Shown here: one piece after another, positions 49,601 through 58,684 of the stretch | How positions within the stretch are numbered: the first letter of the stretch is position 1 | Layout: each line of letters begins with the position of its first letter | NCBI GenBank assembly: GCA_039679675.1 | Contig: JBDKUN010000019.1 | Location: forward strand, 11,017 to 75,016 | Direction: 5' to 3' | Source: Armatimonadota bacterium | Lineage (GTDB): Bacteria > Armatimonadota > UBA5829 > DTLH01 | Length of the DNA stretch: 64,000 bases | Program-made: the position numbers and the translations under genes | The notes under the pieces: generated by a model | Told to the model about the DNA's origin: nothing | Seen by the model: only the letters and a program-made list of their open reading frames with translations | Databases searched by the model: none

Positions 49601-50831
49601 TCTAGTGAGTGATCAATCGGTAATATTCAAGCATCCCTACATCGATTCCAGCCCTGTTCATGCAGCCGGAATAACTGGCCGCTCAGGCGGGCTTGTCTTC
49701 GTCGGGGGGTATAAGACTACTTCAACTATTACTACCTATGAGGATTCCCAGGGCTATCTCCTTGCGATAGACCCTGTTGCCTCTGAAGCTAACCGCATAG
49801 CATGGCAATATCCCACAAGCGGGTATCTTCCTGGTGGTGTAGCTTCTACTCCGGCAGTATTCACCTCAGGCACCGAAAAACGGGTAGTATTCGGCTGCAT
49901 GGATGGTAAAGTCTATTGTCTCAATGCCGCCACGGGCAACCCTATATGGGCTTACCAGACTACAGCCAGCGGGCTTCAGGATAAAGACGGGGTAGTAGAG
50001 CCCGCCAGAGTGCTTGCATCGCCTACCGTCGACAGTAACGGGGTAGTCTACATAGGCAATGAGAGCAACAGAGTGTATGCGCTGGACGGTACGACAAACA
50101 ATATCAACGGCAGCCTGTTGTGGAGCATAGACCTTCCTGATAGAGACACTGACTGGCCTGACAGGACAGGTGTAAGCTCAGTAGCACTCTCTAAGGAAGG
50201 AAATAATGTCAGGTTATATGTCGGAAGCGACAACGGGCATCTCTACTGCATAGATGCAGCGACACATGCCATTGTGGAGCCACAGCCGGGGCTGTCCGGC
50301 CTGTGTATGAGAGGGTCTGTAGAGTCTTCACCTACCATATATGCAGGCAATGTATATGCGGGTGCATCTCTTTGCAATGCTGACCAGTTGTTATGCTTCG
50401 ATGCAGGCAGCCTTGAGGAAGTTTGGGGACGCAACCTTACAGAGGAAGCCAGATCTACCGTCGCTGCTGCAGATGGACATATCTACGAGGGAGTAGATAC
50501 CGGTAAAGTATTCTATTCACTCAAATCAGCTACGGGGAGAACAATTGCATATAGGGAGATGGATTATAAAAATTACTTCCTATCATCCGCCGCAATAACA
50601 TCGGCAGGAATGGTGTATGTTGGAAATATTAATGGCACCCTCTACAAGTTTAACCGGCCAGATTTGTCTGGCATGGGTACTTTTCCAACGACAGGCATAG
50701 TCACGTCATCACCGGCCATATCTTACGCGGTGGATGCCCAGAATAACCGCTGGATATTCATAACGACAAGAGGCGACAACAACCGTGGTGATGGAAAAGG
50801 CACACTATTTGCATTCAAACAGGTTAGATAA
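46650..50831 (+). CDS. Large exported protein: OB-fold-like repeats, Big_1 Ig domains, C-terminal PQQ/BamB-like beta-propeller
   Basis: Signal peptide; GLYNIGSYVTVWGKV; TTNSSGQVEA and TNDDGEATA; DWPMFMHD..H.G; repeated SSP/STP...VY.G..DG.VY.L.A.TG...W blades. Confidence 0.75.
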   Translation: MVITRSIFSRFFPLMLLCLFTACSMAYAQTLPWENENSVGSILLNQDGQSVLLEKVTVSKIEARNDPPYFVVQDGFKPDNRIVILSRPPSALTCGMTVDVSGTLVTLNTGERCLTDATTFGYFNKDGSLTGWSYGFMLCTGRQVLPISTDPIPPSDPSLTTDGRGIPGLVTSEPAEKPSAYGTVAALSTAPLLSTVEISCKPVRETGAGYIKVGDDNSDAAIKVYTNASVSPTDRIIKLTGTLHTEKGSHVIYADSGPEPYFDRQGYIGHVSAAGMGTVAYAATLSNPSESVSKTGGIHAMSASTPDTTNGNWVYLTGQLVTYVGGYWSYDASPAGWVNVYNIQGIDKTPGMRVWSPSLNSMSVGSIVDVFAKVDTKDGQRILGTWGGDTNATNATDLSDANHCLEPKVLFSTENTSNLLTVRPVGMTNKTLGGEALGENKSVDGGAGLYNIGSYVTVWGKVLEVGAFNFIPYMKIDDGSAVPSDGSIGQVQKGVIVFRCSSYDPFQPVVGDYVAVTGVSSIWKPSGSENKYRCIWTTDTVKDLLNEDTPIGVGATTNINGTISGTLKIYDIPPPPAGNPNEPVKVRANICCVGNKQMWVYTCIDYKIVNNEIVEYTTADIPVVRQADGSGTVSYSFEVVKEIKIGDLTLDTPKYIVSAKCNGYKTRTYTNVSPDTTRNLYLTPLRKIYVTAENNKGNDTKPVEVTDSNPTNIIATVVDASHSPISGKTVRFRMNKGSFYNDCVVHDYTGTTNSSGQVEAKYYGNPAETGSDIVVEATDDSAPLPVDNEIDDTYNYDWEQLHNEKGQPINIKVTIPYQNAIDTFVLTANPYSVPPTASSSTITAKLTTIDGTKIVGRSVSFSTTAGDFNTTSGKVSQVTALTNDDGEATAELCDVLRGGFAVVEASTTNDQGYTHMQRVQVDFLQSSSDDWPMFMHDVRHQGYSRFYDTTTTENFALAWSTPVPLDVAHPDLSTHWSDHPNPGYLVSDQSVIFKHPYIDSSPVHAAGITGRSGGLVFVGGYKTTSTITTYEDSQGYLLAIDPVASEANRIAWQYPTSGYLPGGVASTPAVFTSGTEKRVVFGCMDGKVYCLNAATGNPIWAYQTTASGLQDKDGVVEPARVLASPTVDSNGVVYIGNESNRVYALDGTTNNINGSLLWSIDLPDRDTDWPDRTGVSSVALSKEGNNVRLYVGSDNGHLYCIDAATHAIVEPQPGLSGLCMRGSVESSPTIYAGNVYAGASLCNADQLLCFDAGSLEEVWGRNLTEEARSTVAAADGHIYEGVDTGKVFYSLKSATGRTIAYREMDYKNYFLSSAAITSAGMVYVGNINGTLYKFNRPDLSGMGTFPTTGIVTSSPAISYAVDAQNNRWIFITTRGDNNRGDGKGTLFAFKQVR

Positions 50832-50845
50832 AGGAGATTATTAAG

Positions 50846-51397
50846 ATGAAAAGGATTTATATATTGCTTTGCATGTTTGTTTTGTTGTCGGCTACTGTTG
50901 CTGTTCTTGCAAATACGCCGATAGTAAGTGGGCAGGTAGTGACTGATAGTGGAGTGACTCGGTATATTTATACCGTAACAAACACACTGGATTCTGGCAA
51001 CTACATATTCGGATTTTACCACATAATTATTCCGAACGGAAGCATTTTACCAATGAGCCATGTTGAGCCTAGTGGGTGGGATTACTGGTATGAAACAAGT
51101 GACTTTTATACTGAAGGCAAATATTATTGGACTACTCCAGAACTAGGAAATGACAGGCTAGCTCCAGGTCAATCGGCGGTGTTTGAGGTATATACATCGG
51201 CTCCAGTTACCACAAAGTGGACGAGTGATTGGATTATCGGAGTCAAACCTGATAATGGCCGTTATTACGGTTACTCTGCGGATGCACCCCTGCCTATTCC
51301 GGTCCCAGTGGTTCCCGAACCATCCTCAATTCTGGCACTCTTTGGAGGACTAGCTAGTATTGGTGGGTTCGCATTGAGACGAAGACCGCAATGTTAA
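50846..51397 (+). CDS. PEP-CTERM sorting-domain protein
   Basis: Signal peptide; C-terminal VPEPSSILALFGGLASIGGFALRRR. Confidence 0.9.
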   Translation: MKRIYILLCMFVLLSATVAVLANTPIVSGQVVTDSGVTRYIYTVTNTLDSGNYIFGFYHIIIPNGSILPMSHVEPSGWDYWYETSDFYTEGKYYWTTPELGNDRLAPGQSAVFEVYTSAPVTTKWTSDWIIGVKPDNGRYYGYSADAPLPIPVPVVPEPSSILALFGGLASIGGFALRRRPQC

Positions 51398-51432
51398 TTT
51401 CAGGCAGAAACCGGTTAAGGGGAAGATCGGCA

Positions 51433-51996
51433 ATGAATAAGAGAACTTACATACTGCTTTATGTATTTATGCTGCTACTGATTTCAGCTGCTGTTCTTGC
51501 AGACACGCCGATAGTAAGTGGACAAGTAGTGACAGATGGTAGTGTTACTAGGTACATTTACACTGTGACGAATACCTTATCGCCGGGCAACTACATAGAT
51601 TGGTTTGGTAATACTGAAATTCCGGATGGGAACATACTGCCACTGCTGGATCACAGCGAACCTATAGGATGGGACTATCAAGAAGGACAAACAATTTCGA
51701 ATGGTGTTGTATTAGGAGGAGATTACCATTGGGCTACTAGCGAAATAGGGAATACCAGACTAGCACCTGGTCAATCTGCAGTCTTCGAGGTATATACATC
51801 AGCACCAGTGGCTACACAATGGATAAAAGGATGGGGTATTTGTTATATGCCAGATAATGGCCGTCCTGATGGTTTCCATGTGGACATAGCCTTACCAGTT
51901 CCGGTCTCGGCTTCGGTTCCCGAACCATCCTCAGTTCTGGCACTTTTCGGCGGACTAGCTGGTATCGGTGGATTGGCGCTAAGGCGAAGAAAGTAA
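51433..51996 (+). CDS. PEP-CTERM sorting-domain protein, paralogue of the previous gene (ATG 51433; ORF track starts 51391)
   Basis: C-terminal VPEPSSVLALFGGLAGIGGLALRRRK; shared TPIVSGQVVTD and RLAPGQSAVFEVYTSAPV. Confidence 0.9.
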   Translation: MNKRTYILLYVFMLLLISAAVLADTPIVSGQVVTDGSVTRYIYTVTNTLSPGNYIDWFGNTEIPDGNILPLLDHSEPIGWDYQEGQTISNGVVLGGDYHWATSEIGNTRLAPGQSAVFEVYTSAPVATQWIKGWGICYMPDNGRPDGFHVDIALPVPVSASVPEPSSVLALFGGLAGIGGLALRRRK

Positions 51997-52009
51997 CGAA
52001 AATAGCATT

Positions 52010-52037
52010 GGGCCGGGTGTAATGCTCGGCCCTTTTT
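52010..52037 (+). terminator. Intrinsic terminator of the cargo operon
   Basis: GGGCCGGGT-gtaat-GCTCGGCCC-TTTTT. Confidence 0.8.
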
Positions 52038-52153
52038 GTTTTGTTGGTTCATCCAGACTATACGTCAAAATCGAAGTGCCAGCTCTGAGTCGACAAAGAG
52101 CAGTTACAGCGAGATGCTTCCTTTGACTTTTTCGAATAAGGATTAGGGATATT

Positions 52154-52251
52154 GCCCCGCCAGAAGATGAACTGTGCGTTTTGCGATACAGATAATGGCA
52201 TCAAATCTGTATGCTTGCCTGGCAAGGCTTATGAAGTATTATAGCACAGAT
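52154..52251 (-). repeat. Degenerate duplicate (copy B) of the integrase promoter/leader at 46380-46475
   Basis: Shares GCCCCGCCAGA, the identical block GGCATCAAATCTGTATGCTTGCCTGGC, and ATTATAGCACA. Confidence 0.85.
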
Positions 52252-52252
52252 A

Positions 52253-52939
52253 CTAAACCTGGTAATGCTTGCCAAGATCAGCCCATAGATGATGAAGTGT
52301 AAAGTGTTGTATAGGAAAAGATCGATCGAAATCATGGCTAAGTTGGCTAACAATACCTGCCTGGTGCTCGTCATCGAATAAGCTGAGTTCAGAAATATGA
52401 TTACCTGCGCATTCAGCATTGACCTCTACCAGAATATTTTCCAATGTCATGTTTTGTATATAGCCAACCATAATACCGCATGGCGCCGACAATCCATAAC
52501 TATGATCACAATCTATGTACCTGCATATTCCTTCTATTACATATTTCTTATTAAAATAATCTGAACCAGTAAAGCTTCCAAGTCTCTTGCATTCTACGAC
52601 CAGAGATTTTTGATAATCGTTCGGGCATATTGCTTGTTGATCTTGAAACACATACTGGAAATCAGGCTTTTTTACTTGTTTTGCAGGAATAGCAATGTCT
52701 TTATATTGTTCTACATTTAATGCCTCTGGAATGAGATTACCTACTAGCTCACGGCCTTCCTTAGAAAGACTAAACATAACTGTCTGACAACAGCGGTTCA
52801 GTGTTTTTGTGATTTCTACCTCATCTTTGGGTAATGTTTCAGCTTCTTCGAGCATTTGCAATGCTCGAATGAAAAGCTCTAGTAATTGTTTCTGTTGATG
52901 TATCCAGATGTTTTTGCAGAAGATATTGGGCTGACTCAT
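52253..52939 (-). CDS. Putative PD-(D/E)XK nuclease coupled to the methyltransferase
   Basis: KKPDFQY...LVVECKRL; 4-bp ATGA overlap with the upstream gene. Confidence 0.6.
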   Translation of the reverse strand: MSQPNIFCKNIWIHQQKQLLELFIRALQMLEEAETLPKDEVEITKTLNRCCQTVMFSLSKEGRELVGNLIPEALNVEQYKDIAIPAKQVKKPDFQYVFQDQQAICPNDYQKSLVVECKRLGSFTGSDYFNKKYVIEGICRYIDCDHSYGLSAPCGIMVGYIQNMTLENILVEVNAECAGNHISELSLFDDEHQAGIVSQLSHDFDRSFPIQHFTLHHLWADLGKHYQV

Positions 52940-55900
52940 TCAATATCCTCCGCAGTATCAGACTGCTGCATAGCTTGCAACAATGTTGCTTCAGCATCCT
53001 CTCTAGCCATACTCCTGGTCCATAATCTCTGCTCGTTTCGTTTTATAATGATTATCCGAGTTGGTGAAACGCTACGTATGAGACTATCTGTATATATGCC
53101 TTTACTACCATAGTGTTGTATAGCACTCTTACCAAGATTCTGCAGAGTATTCATTAACTCTACTTCGTGTATTTCTTCTGGCGGGTGAAGGGGACTATCT
53201 TTGTATTGCGTAGAGAACACTACCATGATCATGGGGGAGTTATTTGGATATATTACTTGCCATCTAAACTCACCATCTGGCTCCAACTCCTGATTCCATA
53301 TCCGCAGAAACGCCCGTAAATACGCACTTATAGTAACTGACTTCTTGCAAAGTGAGGGAAGATCAGCTATTACGCCATAGCGCTTTTTCTTTTCTTCTCC
53401 AAGATTTACTGGCCTTATAGCTTCACTCGTAACGTTTTTATAGAATAAATTAAAACCTGTAATGCACATATCACGAACAAGATCGCGTTCAGCCTCGGTG
53501 AGCTCATACAGATCGAAGATTGCTTCATCTAGCGCTAATTCAATCTCATCTATTTTGCCTGTTATTTCACCTTCAAATTCTTCAATAGATTGCAATTTAT
53601 CTATGAGCTTGATTATGCGATTACGCGATGCATCATCTTGAGGCAAGCGAATTGGGAGTTTTCTCAATTGCTCATTGAGTTGTAAATCGTCGTGCCACGT
53701 TCCCCAAGAACCAGCTGTCAGGAATAGATAATAACGTACAAGAGACGACCGGCAGATTGCAAGCAGCACTTTTGCTTCCTGCTCTAGCCCATCCGTTATA
53801 CGAAATGCATCTATGGAGTTGCGGAAACAAAAAGGCTCGAGTGCAAGCCGTACAACGATACCAGCATTATCTTTCTTCCCACCTCGTATTCCTCTGCTAA
53901 ATAGCAACCTAATGCCATCATACAAGATAGGTTTTTTTTCCTTATCCAGCTTTCCTAGACTATGAACTTTATCACGGACTCTAGATTTCTTGGTATTTAA
54001 AGGTCCATAACGTTGCAAGTCTTCAGTCCACAACTCTTTATAGTCTTTTATTACATCACTAGATATCTGCCGTTCTTCTTTTGGACAGTCCTGATACCCT
54101 CGGCCAGAATACTGAATAAACTTTTTGCCATTAATCTTGATCTCATCAAGGGTTTTTTCTAACTGTAACTTACGTATTAGTGCCTCATCACGATGATTGC
54201 CCCACCAATGTATCTTCCACATAGCATCCCACTTGAGAACTTTATCTTGATTGAGAAGTCGTAGATCAACTCTAGATAAAATTGGTGCCCTTAGTCTTGC
54301 TACTAAAGCCGTCTTTTTCGCTGACCAATATTCGAAGGTGTTTAGCTCTTGTGCCAACTGCTTTGTGAAGACTGCAGATATGAAAGGAGCAATGGCGTTG
54401 CTAAAGAACACATTTCTCGCATGAATAAAGTTAACCACATGTTCAAGTTTACTCTTATTCAGCCACTGTTCGCGAAACTTCTGGGTTTTTCTATGCGACT
54501 TAAGAAGAACGCCAGATGACAACAACAATCCGGCTGTCCCTCCATCTTTAAGAAGATCAAGAGCTCTGTGTATGAAGGCTTGAGATAGCTCATTGTCTCC
54601 TACCTCAAGGCTCTTATCTTTGCACCACGTAAGAGCCGTATTTGCTACGTCTACGGACTTTTTATAAATTTTATCATCTTGATCTTTTTTCTTCTTAGGG
54701 AAACCCCATGGCGGATTACCTACGACTATGTCTACTGATGAGACTCTCTTTTCCAAGTCGAGGTCAAGATCAAATGTATTCGCACACAATAGTATGTCAT
54801 ATCTGTTGTGTGATGCAGGAATCTTTTTGTCATATATCAAATTAGGTAGTTGCGGATAAGCCCTTATGCTACTAGGATCTTGGTAATGCAACAATGCCAA
54901 GTATAGACTAAACGCCGCAACACGCACAGCTTCAGGATTTATCTCTATGCCGATAATTTGTTTTTGAAGTATATCCCGTAGCTCGTCCGCGCTCAATCGT
55001 TTTCCATTTTGACGCGAAACACGATAACGTACGATTCGTCGAAAGGCTTCCACCAAAAATATACCTGATCCACATGCGGGATCAATTATTCGGGGATTCT
55101 TTTCAAGTCTCGTTGGTGTAAGCACTTTGGAGAGAATAAACTCAACGAGCGCGCTGGGAGTATACTGTGTCCCTTTATCTGCTTCCTGCCCGATCTCTGT
55201 AGTATAGAATTCTTCGTAAATACTACTTATCAACTCAATCGGAATAACTTCAAAATTATAAGCATAGAAAAACAATTTACTTTGATCTTCAACATCACCG
55301 AGTAGAAATCTCCTCAGCAAATCTAGGTGTTCAGGTGTAACGGCTTGCTCTTCTATCGGATCTCTTGGGAACATATCTCCATTGAACTCAGCTGCAAGCC
55401 AATCAAAGAGAGCATACGTATAATTCTTGTTATTTAGTACTTTCGGATAAAGCTTTTGCTCCATACCTGGTTCAATGGTGCTCTTTTCATAAGGCTTATT
55501 TAGTATAAGCTGCCATTCAGGACATTTCGCTGCTATCTCCGCAAAATGCTCTGGAAGAATTATATTACGATCCTCAAGATACCGGATGAAGATTGATCGC
55601 CCAATAAGCGCATGCGCATGTTTTAGCTCGAACAACCCTTTCGAGGACACATCCATCAGTTTAGCGCGAAGAGTGCGTAGATCCCTAATTAATGCTTCAT
55701 CAGCACGATTATCTGTCTTTTGAAATCGCTCCTCTTCGAATAATTTTCCAGATTGTATCTGTTCCAGATTATATGCCTGAAGCGACTTCTGAACATTTTG
55801 AATCCCTTTCACATGCTTTAGCACACGGTTGCTTTGTAGAAAATTAGTTTCCTCATTAATACTTATTGGTGGTTTAGCTAGATCGAAAACTCTCAATTCA

Positions 55901-56226
55901 CCTGGTAGTGCCAAGAATAGTAACCGAGGACGAGCCATACACCATATACAGTTAATCATCCGACGTAGAGCACTTGGGGTATTATCGTCGTGCTTTGCAA
56001 ATACAACCACAGGATTCCCATCAACAAAGAAGATTTTTTCTGCATTAGCTAATTTGGCAGTTGAAAGCCATTCTCCTTGCTCTAGCCAATCATCAGGAGA
56101 AATGCATTTACTTGGTGACTCAGATGTTGCAACTAAATTCCGGTTATTGGCAAAGCCTAAATCCTGGTATGCTGCTTCCAGCATTTGTTCTGGTGAATCA
56201 ATATGTGGCATGATAGGTACAATCAA
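52936..56226 (-). CDS. Large N6-adenine DNA methyltransferase (type IIG/Eco57I-like architecture)
   Basis: GTQYTP, IIDPACGSGIFL (motif I), VVGNPPW (motif IV), C-terminal TRD-like region ending LDEAIFDLYELT. Confidence 0.88.
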   Translation of the reverse strand: MIVPIMPHIDSPEQMLEAAYQDLGFANNRNLVATSESPSKCISPDDWLEQGEWLSTAKLANAEKIFFVDGNPVVVFAKHDDNTPSALRRMINCIWCMARPRLLFLALPGELRVFDLAKPPISINEETNFLQSNRVLKHVKGIQNVQKSLQAYNLEQIQSGKLFEEERFQKTDNRADEALIRDLRTLRAKLMDVSSKGLFELKHAHALIGRSIFIRYLEDRNIILPEHFAEIAAKCPEWQLILNKPYEKSTIEPGMEQKLYPKVLNNKNYTYALFDWLAAEFNGDMFPRDPIEEQAVTPEHLDLLRRFLLGDVEDQSKLFFYAYNFEVIPIELISSIYEEFYTTEIGQEADKGTQYTPSALVEFILSKVLTPTRLEKNPRIIDPACGSGIFLVEAFRRIVRYRVSRQNGKRLSADELRDILQKQIIGIEINPEAVRVAAFSLYLALLHYQDPSSIRAYPQLPNLIYDKKIPASHNRYDILLCANTFDLDLDLEKRVSSVDIVVGNPPWGFPKKKKDQDDKIYKKSVDVANTALTWCKDKSLEVGDNELSQAFIHRALDLLKDGGTAGLLLSSGVLLKSHRKTQKFREQWLNKSKLEHVVNFIHARNVFFSNAIAPFISAVFTKQLAQELNTFEYWSAKKTALVARLRAPILSRVDLRLLNQDKVLKWDAMWKIHWWGNHRDEALIRKLQLEKTLDEIKINGKKFIQYSGRGYQDCPKEERQISSDVIKDYKELWTEDLQRYGPLNTKKSRVRDKVHSLGKLDKEKKPILYDGIRLLFSRGIRGGKKDNAGIVVRLALEPFCFRNSIDAFRITDGLEQEAKVLLAICRSSLVRYYLFLTAGSWGTWHDDLQLNEQLRKLPIRLPQDDASRNRIIKLIDKLQSIEEFEGEITGKIDEIELALDEAIFDLYELTEAERDLVRDMCITGFNLFYKNVTSEAIRPVNLGEEKKKRYGVIADLPSLCKKSVTISAYLRAFLRIWNQELEPDGEFRWQVIYPNNSPMIMVVFSTQYKDSPLHPPEEIHEVELMNTLQNLGKSAIQHYGSKGIYTDSLIRSVSPTRIIIIKRNEQRLWTRSMAREDAEATLLQAMQQSDTAEDIE

Positions 56227-56501
56227 TCCTTAACGATAAGTCACATAGCACAAGCATTTTAACACTATAACTATGCAGTAGGTACAAAAAGACTACTACA
56301 ATCGTACTTCAACCGATGTTATGCATATTCCTTCTATTACCCATTGTTTATACCTATCATCGGTTTATGTAGGTTGATTCCACTGACAATAAACCTTCAT
56401 TAAAGATTCTTCTATAATGTGCCATAAACTAAACAAGCCAAGAATATCATTTACCCATACCTGCTATAATGCTGATAGCGAGCAGCCATGGAGGTAGTAG
56501 G

Positions 56502-56570
56502 ATGAAAAAAGAGCTAGTCAATTAATTGTCCTGGTCATTTTCCAGACGGGAGATCTTCGAGCAATGCCGC
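56502..56570 (+). pseudogene. N-terminal remnant resembling RecB-like PD-(D/E)XK nuclease family proteins
   Basis: TGcTATAAT and GGAGG precede MKKELVN*LSWSFSRREIFEQCR; in-frame TAA and abrupt truncation. Confidence 0.45.
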
Positions 56571-56659
56571 GCCGATAGATAGCTTATAGTTTATCCAAGA
56601 TGATCAATATCAGGGGATAATCTCCTGAATAGGATTATATAGCTTCCGCGTGGAAGAAT

Positions 56660-56848
56660 AGCGGCTCTGCAATCCCAGTTCCTTCACCCGTATCCGCATT
56701 GCAGACAGGCTGACACCGAACCGGCTGGCCATCACTGGGACGCGCCCGGTGGGGTTCGACGCCAGCTCACCCCCCCACTGGCGTACCAGCCAGTGCGGCA
56801 TAAGGAGAGCGGCGGCAAAACGATCTGCCCGAATCTCTTCTATTGGCC
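56660..56848 (-). pseudogene. Duplicated 3' fragment of the ImmA-like gene
   Basis: Encodes PIEEIRADRFAAALLMPHWLVRQWGGELASNPTGRVPVMASRFGVSLSAMRIRVKELGL, nearly identical to the product of ~58730-58911; no 5' half. Confidence 0.9.
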
Positions 56849-58606
56849 TTTTTGCATCTTGGCTTCATTAAGATCAATCTTTGCCTTGTGCCCATGCTTC
56901 TCCAAAAGAAAGAGGAGATTACTTCCATTCAAAAGGGTTATGGGTTTTCCTTTCGCAAACTCATAAGCATCCGGTCCATAGCTGGCGGTTGTTACTAATA
57001 TCCCCTTAGTAGCTCCTTCATTTAAGACAGTCCCATACAGATCTCTTACAGCTGAGACACCCACGGTATTAGTGTATCTTTTTGCTTGGATCACTATCTT
57101 TCCGCCACGTATGGGATCGGGGTCAAATGCAACTGCGTCAACTCCTCCATCACGGCTGGCTTGGGTAACCTTTACTTCGCCGCCGCCTTGAGAAAACTCC
57201 TTTTCGAATAATTCGCGAATTAAATGCTCGAAGTCTTCCCAATCCATAGCGGCAATATTGACTTCATCGTTCAACTGGTCAGCCACTGCATAGGAGGAAA
57301 CAAAACGTTTGTCGTTCCGATTCATCTGAAGGATCGGCGCTATCGCAGACATACCGTGAAGTTTTGCACCTGCAACTCCTTTAAGCTTCTTGAAACAAGC
57401 TTTCGGTTCGATTTGAGCCAAATTGATGCTCAGAAACTCATCACGTTTAGCTTGAAGTGATAAAATGCAGGCATTTACCTCTTGGCCAGTCGAGCTGTCG
57501 ATGGAATTAACCCATCCATTAAATACAATCATATCAATTGCCTGGATAGTATCAGCTTCATAAAGCTCATGTATGGTTCTGAGGCAAATCTGATATAAAA
57601 CTGTATCGTAAAGATCATTTACTATGGATGATGTTAATTGAGTTTCCTCAAGTGCATCTCGTGTCTGGACATATTTCACAGCTTTTGTTTTAGGCATATC
57701 ATCCAGCGAAGGTAGGCTATATTCAACTATGAGAATCTTCGAGTCGGGATCATACTCTAAATCATACTGACCCATATTGAGTGTCTTGGGGTATTCCGAT
57801 CTGGAAAGCACCATTTTACAGTAAGCAATAATCTTATCGGGTTGATGGGCTTCATATTCACTGCGAAGGCGGTCAATCGATGCATTGTGCTCGGCTTGCC
57901 GTCGATTGAATTCCGCTAATTCCCCCTCCCATTTCTGATATGCTGCTTTTGCCTCCAGAGACCATTTAGCGACTTGCTCGTTATAGACTTTCAGACTCTC
58001 TTGTGTCCTAAGCTCAGCCTGTTTTTTAGCATGCTCCCATGCAGCCATGTCTTGTGCAAACAATCGTGATGCGCTATCGATCTTCTGCTGCTTTCTCGTT
58101 GTTGAAAAATTATCAAGGAATCCAAGAGTAACCTTATACCTTGGATCATCTCTTCGAGGAGGCAATGGGCTAGGTACCGGTGTCGGTTTGGCGGGCATGG
58201 GAATATTGGGCTGTGGTTTGTTGAATGGCGTTTTGTCCTTTAAGGTATCCCAATCTACCCTGTCGTCCTTGTTCAAAGTAAATGATAATAGGTTCTGTAG
58301 CTCCTCGATTTTCTTCTGCGCATCGGCTGTTTGCTTTTCAGCCAAAGCCTTTTTTTGTTCACGATCACCTCGAGCTTGATCTAAGGCACATTTCTTTCCC
58401 CAGGCTTCTTTCCATTGAGCCAGTTGGGCTTCTGCCTTTTGTTCAACTTCATCTTCATCGCGTCCGCGAAATACCTTGAAAGTGTTCAGACCCTTGTGCC
58501 ATGCCTTGGTGTATGGCTTGTTTCTTTCGTCATAGTCAAGTTCATAATCGCATATCTCATTTTCGGGATCGCGAATACCATGTGCCACTTCATATTCCTC
58601 CAACAA
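56840..58606 (-). CDS. Mrr-like (type IV) restriction endonuclease with long helical N-terminus (start may be GTG at 58588)
   Basis: DFEHLIRELF, SRDGGVDA, VIQAKRY, VRDLYG, GILVTT. Confidence 0.88.
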   Translation of the reverse strand: MLEEYEVAHGIRDPENEICDYELDYDERNKPYTKAWHKGLNTFKVFRGRDEDEVEQKAEAQLAQWKEAWGKKCALDQARGDREQKKALAEKQTADAQKKIEELQNLLSFTLNKDDRVDWDTLKDKTPFNKPQPNIPMPAKPTPVPSPLPPRRDDPRYKVTLGFLDNFSTTRKQQKIDSASRLFAQDMAAWEHAKKQAELRTQESLKVYNEQVAKWSLEAKAAYQKWEGELAEFNRRQAEHNASIDRLRSEYEAHQPDKIIAYCKMVLSRSEYPKTLNMGQYDLEYDPDSKILIVEYSLPSLDDMPKTKAVKYVQTRDALEETQLTSSIVNDLYDTVLYQICLRTIHELYEADTIQAIDMIVFNGWVNSIDSSTGQEVNACILSLQAKRDEFLSINLAQIEPKACFKKLKGVAGAKLHGMSAIAPILQMNRNDKRFVSSYAVADQLNDEVNIAAMDWEDFEHLIRELFEKEFSQGGGEVKVTQASRDGGVDAVAFDPDPIRGGKIVIQAKRYTNTVGVSAVRDLYGTVLNEGATKGILVTTASYGPDAYEFAKGKPITLLNGSNLLFLLEKHGHKAKIDLNEAKMQKGQ

Positions 58607-58684
58607 CGCAAATGAAAAGCTCCAGGATTACATCAAGCTTCCAATAAACATCTCGTGATACTTCTGCAGGCTCAATTGTAATTG

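Noticed and set aside
50846..51996. DGR-diversified targets
   Set aside because: Divergence includes many silent changes at all bases across the genes, as expected for old paralogues
46380..52251. IS or composite transposon around the surface cargo
   Set aside because: The flanks are long direct repeats of a promoter/leader, with no transposase, terminal inverted repeats or short target duplication
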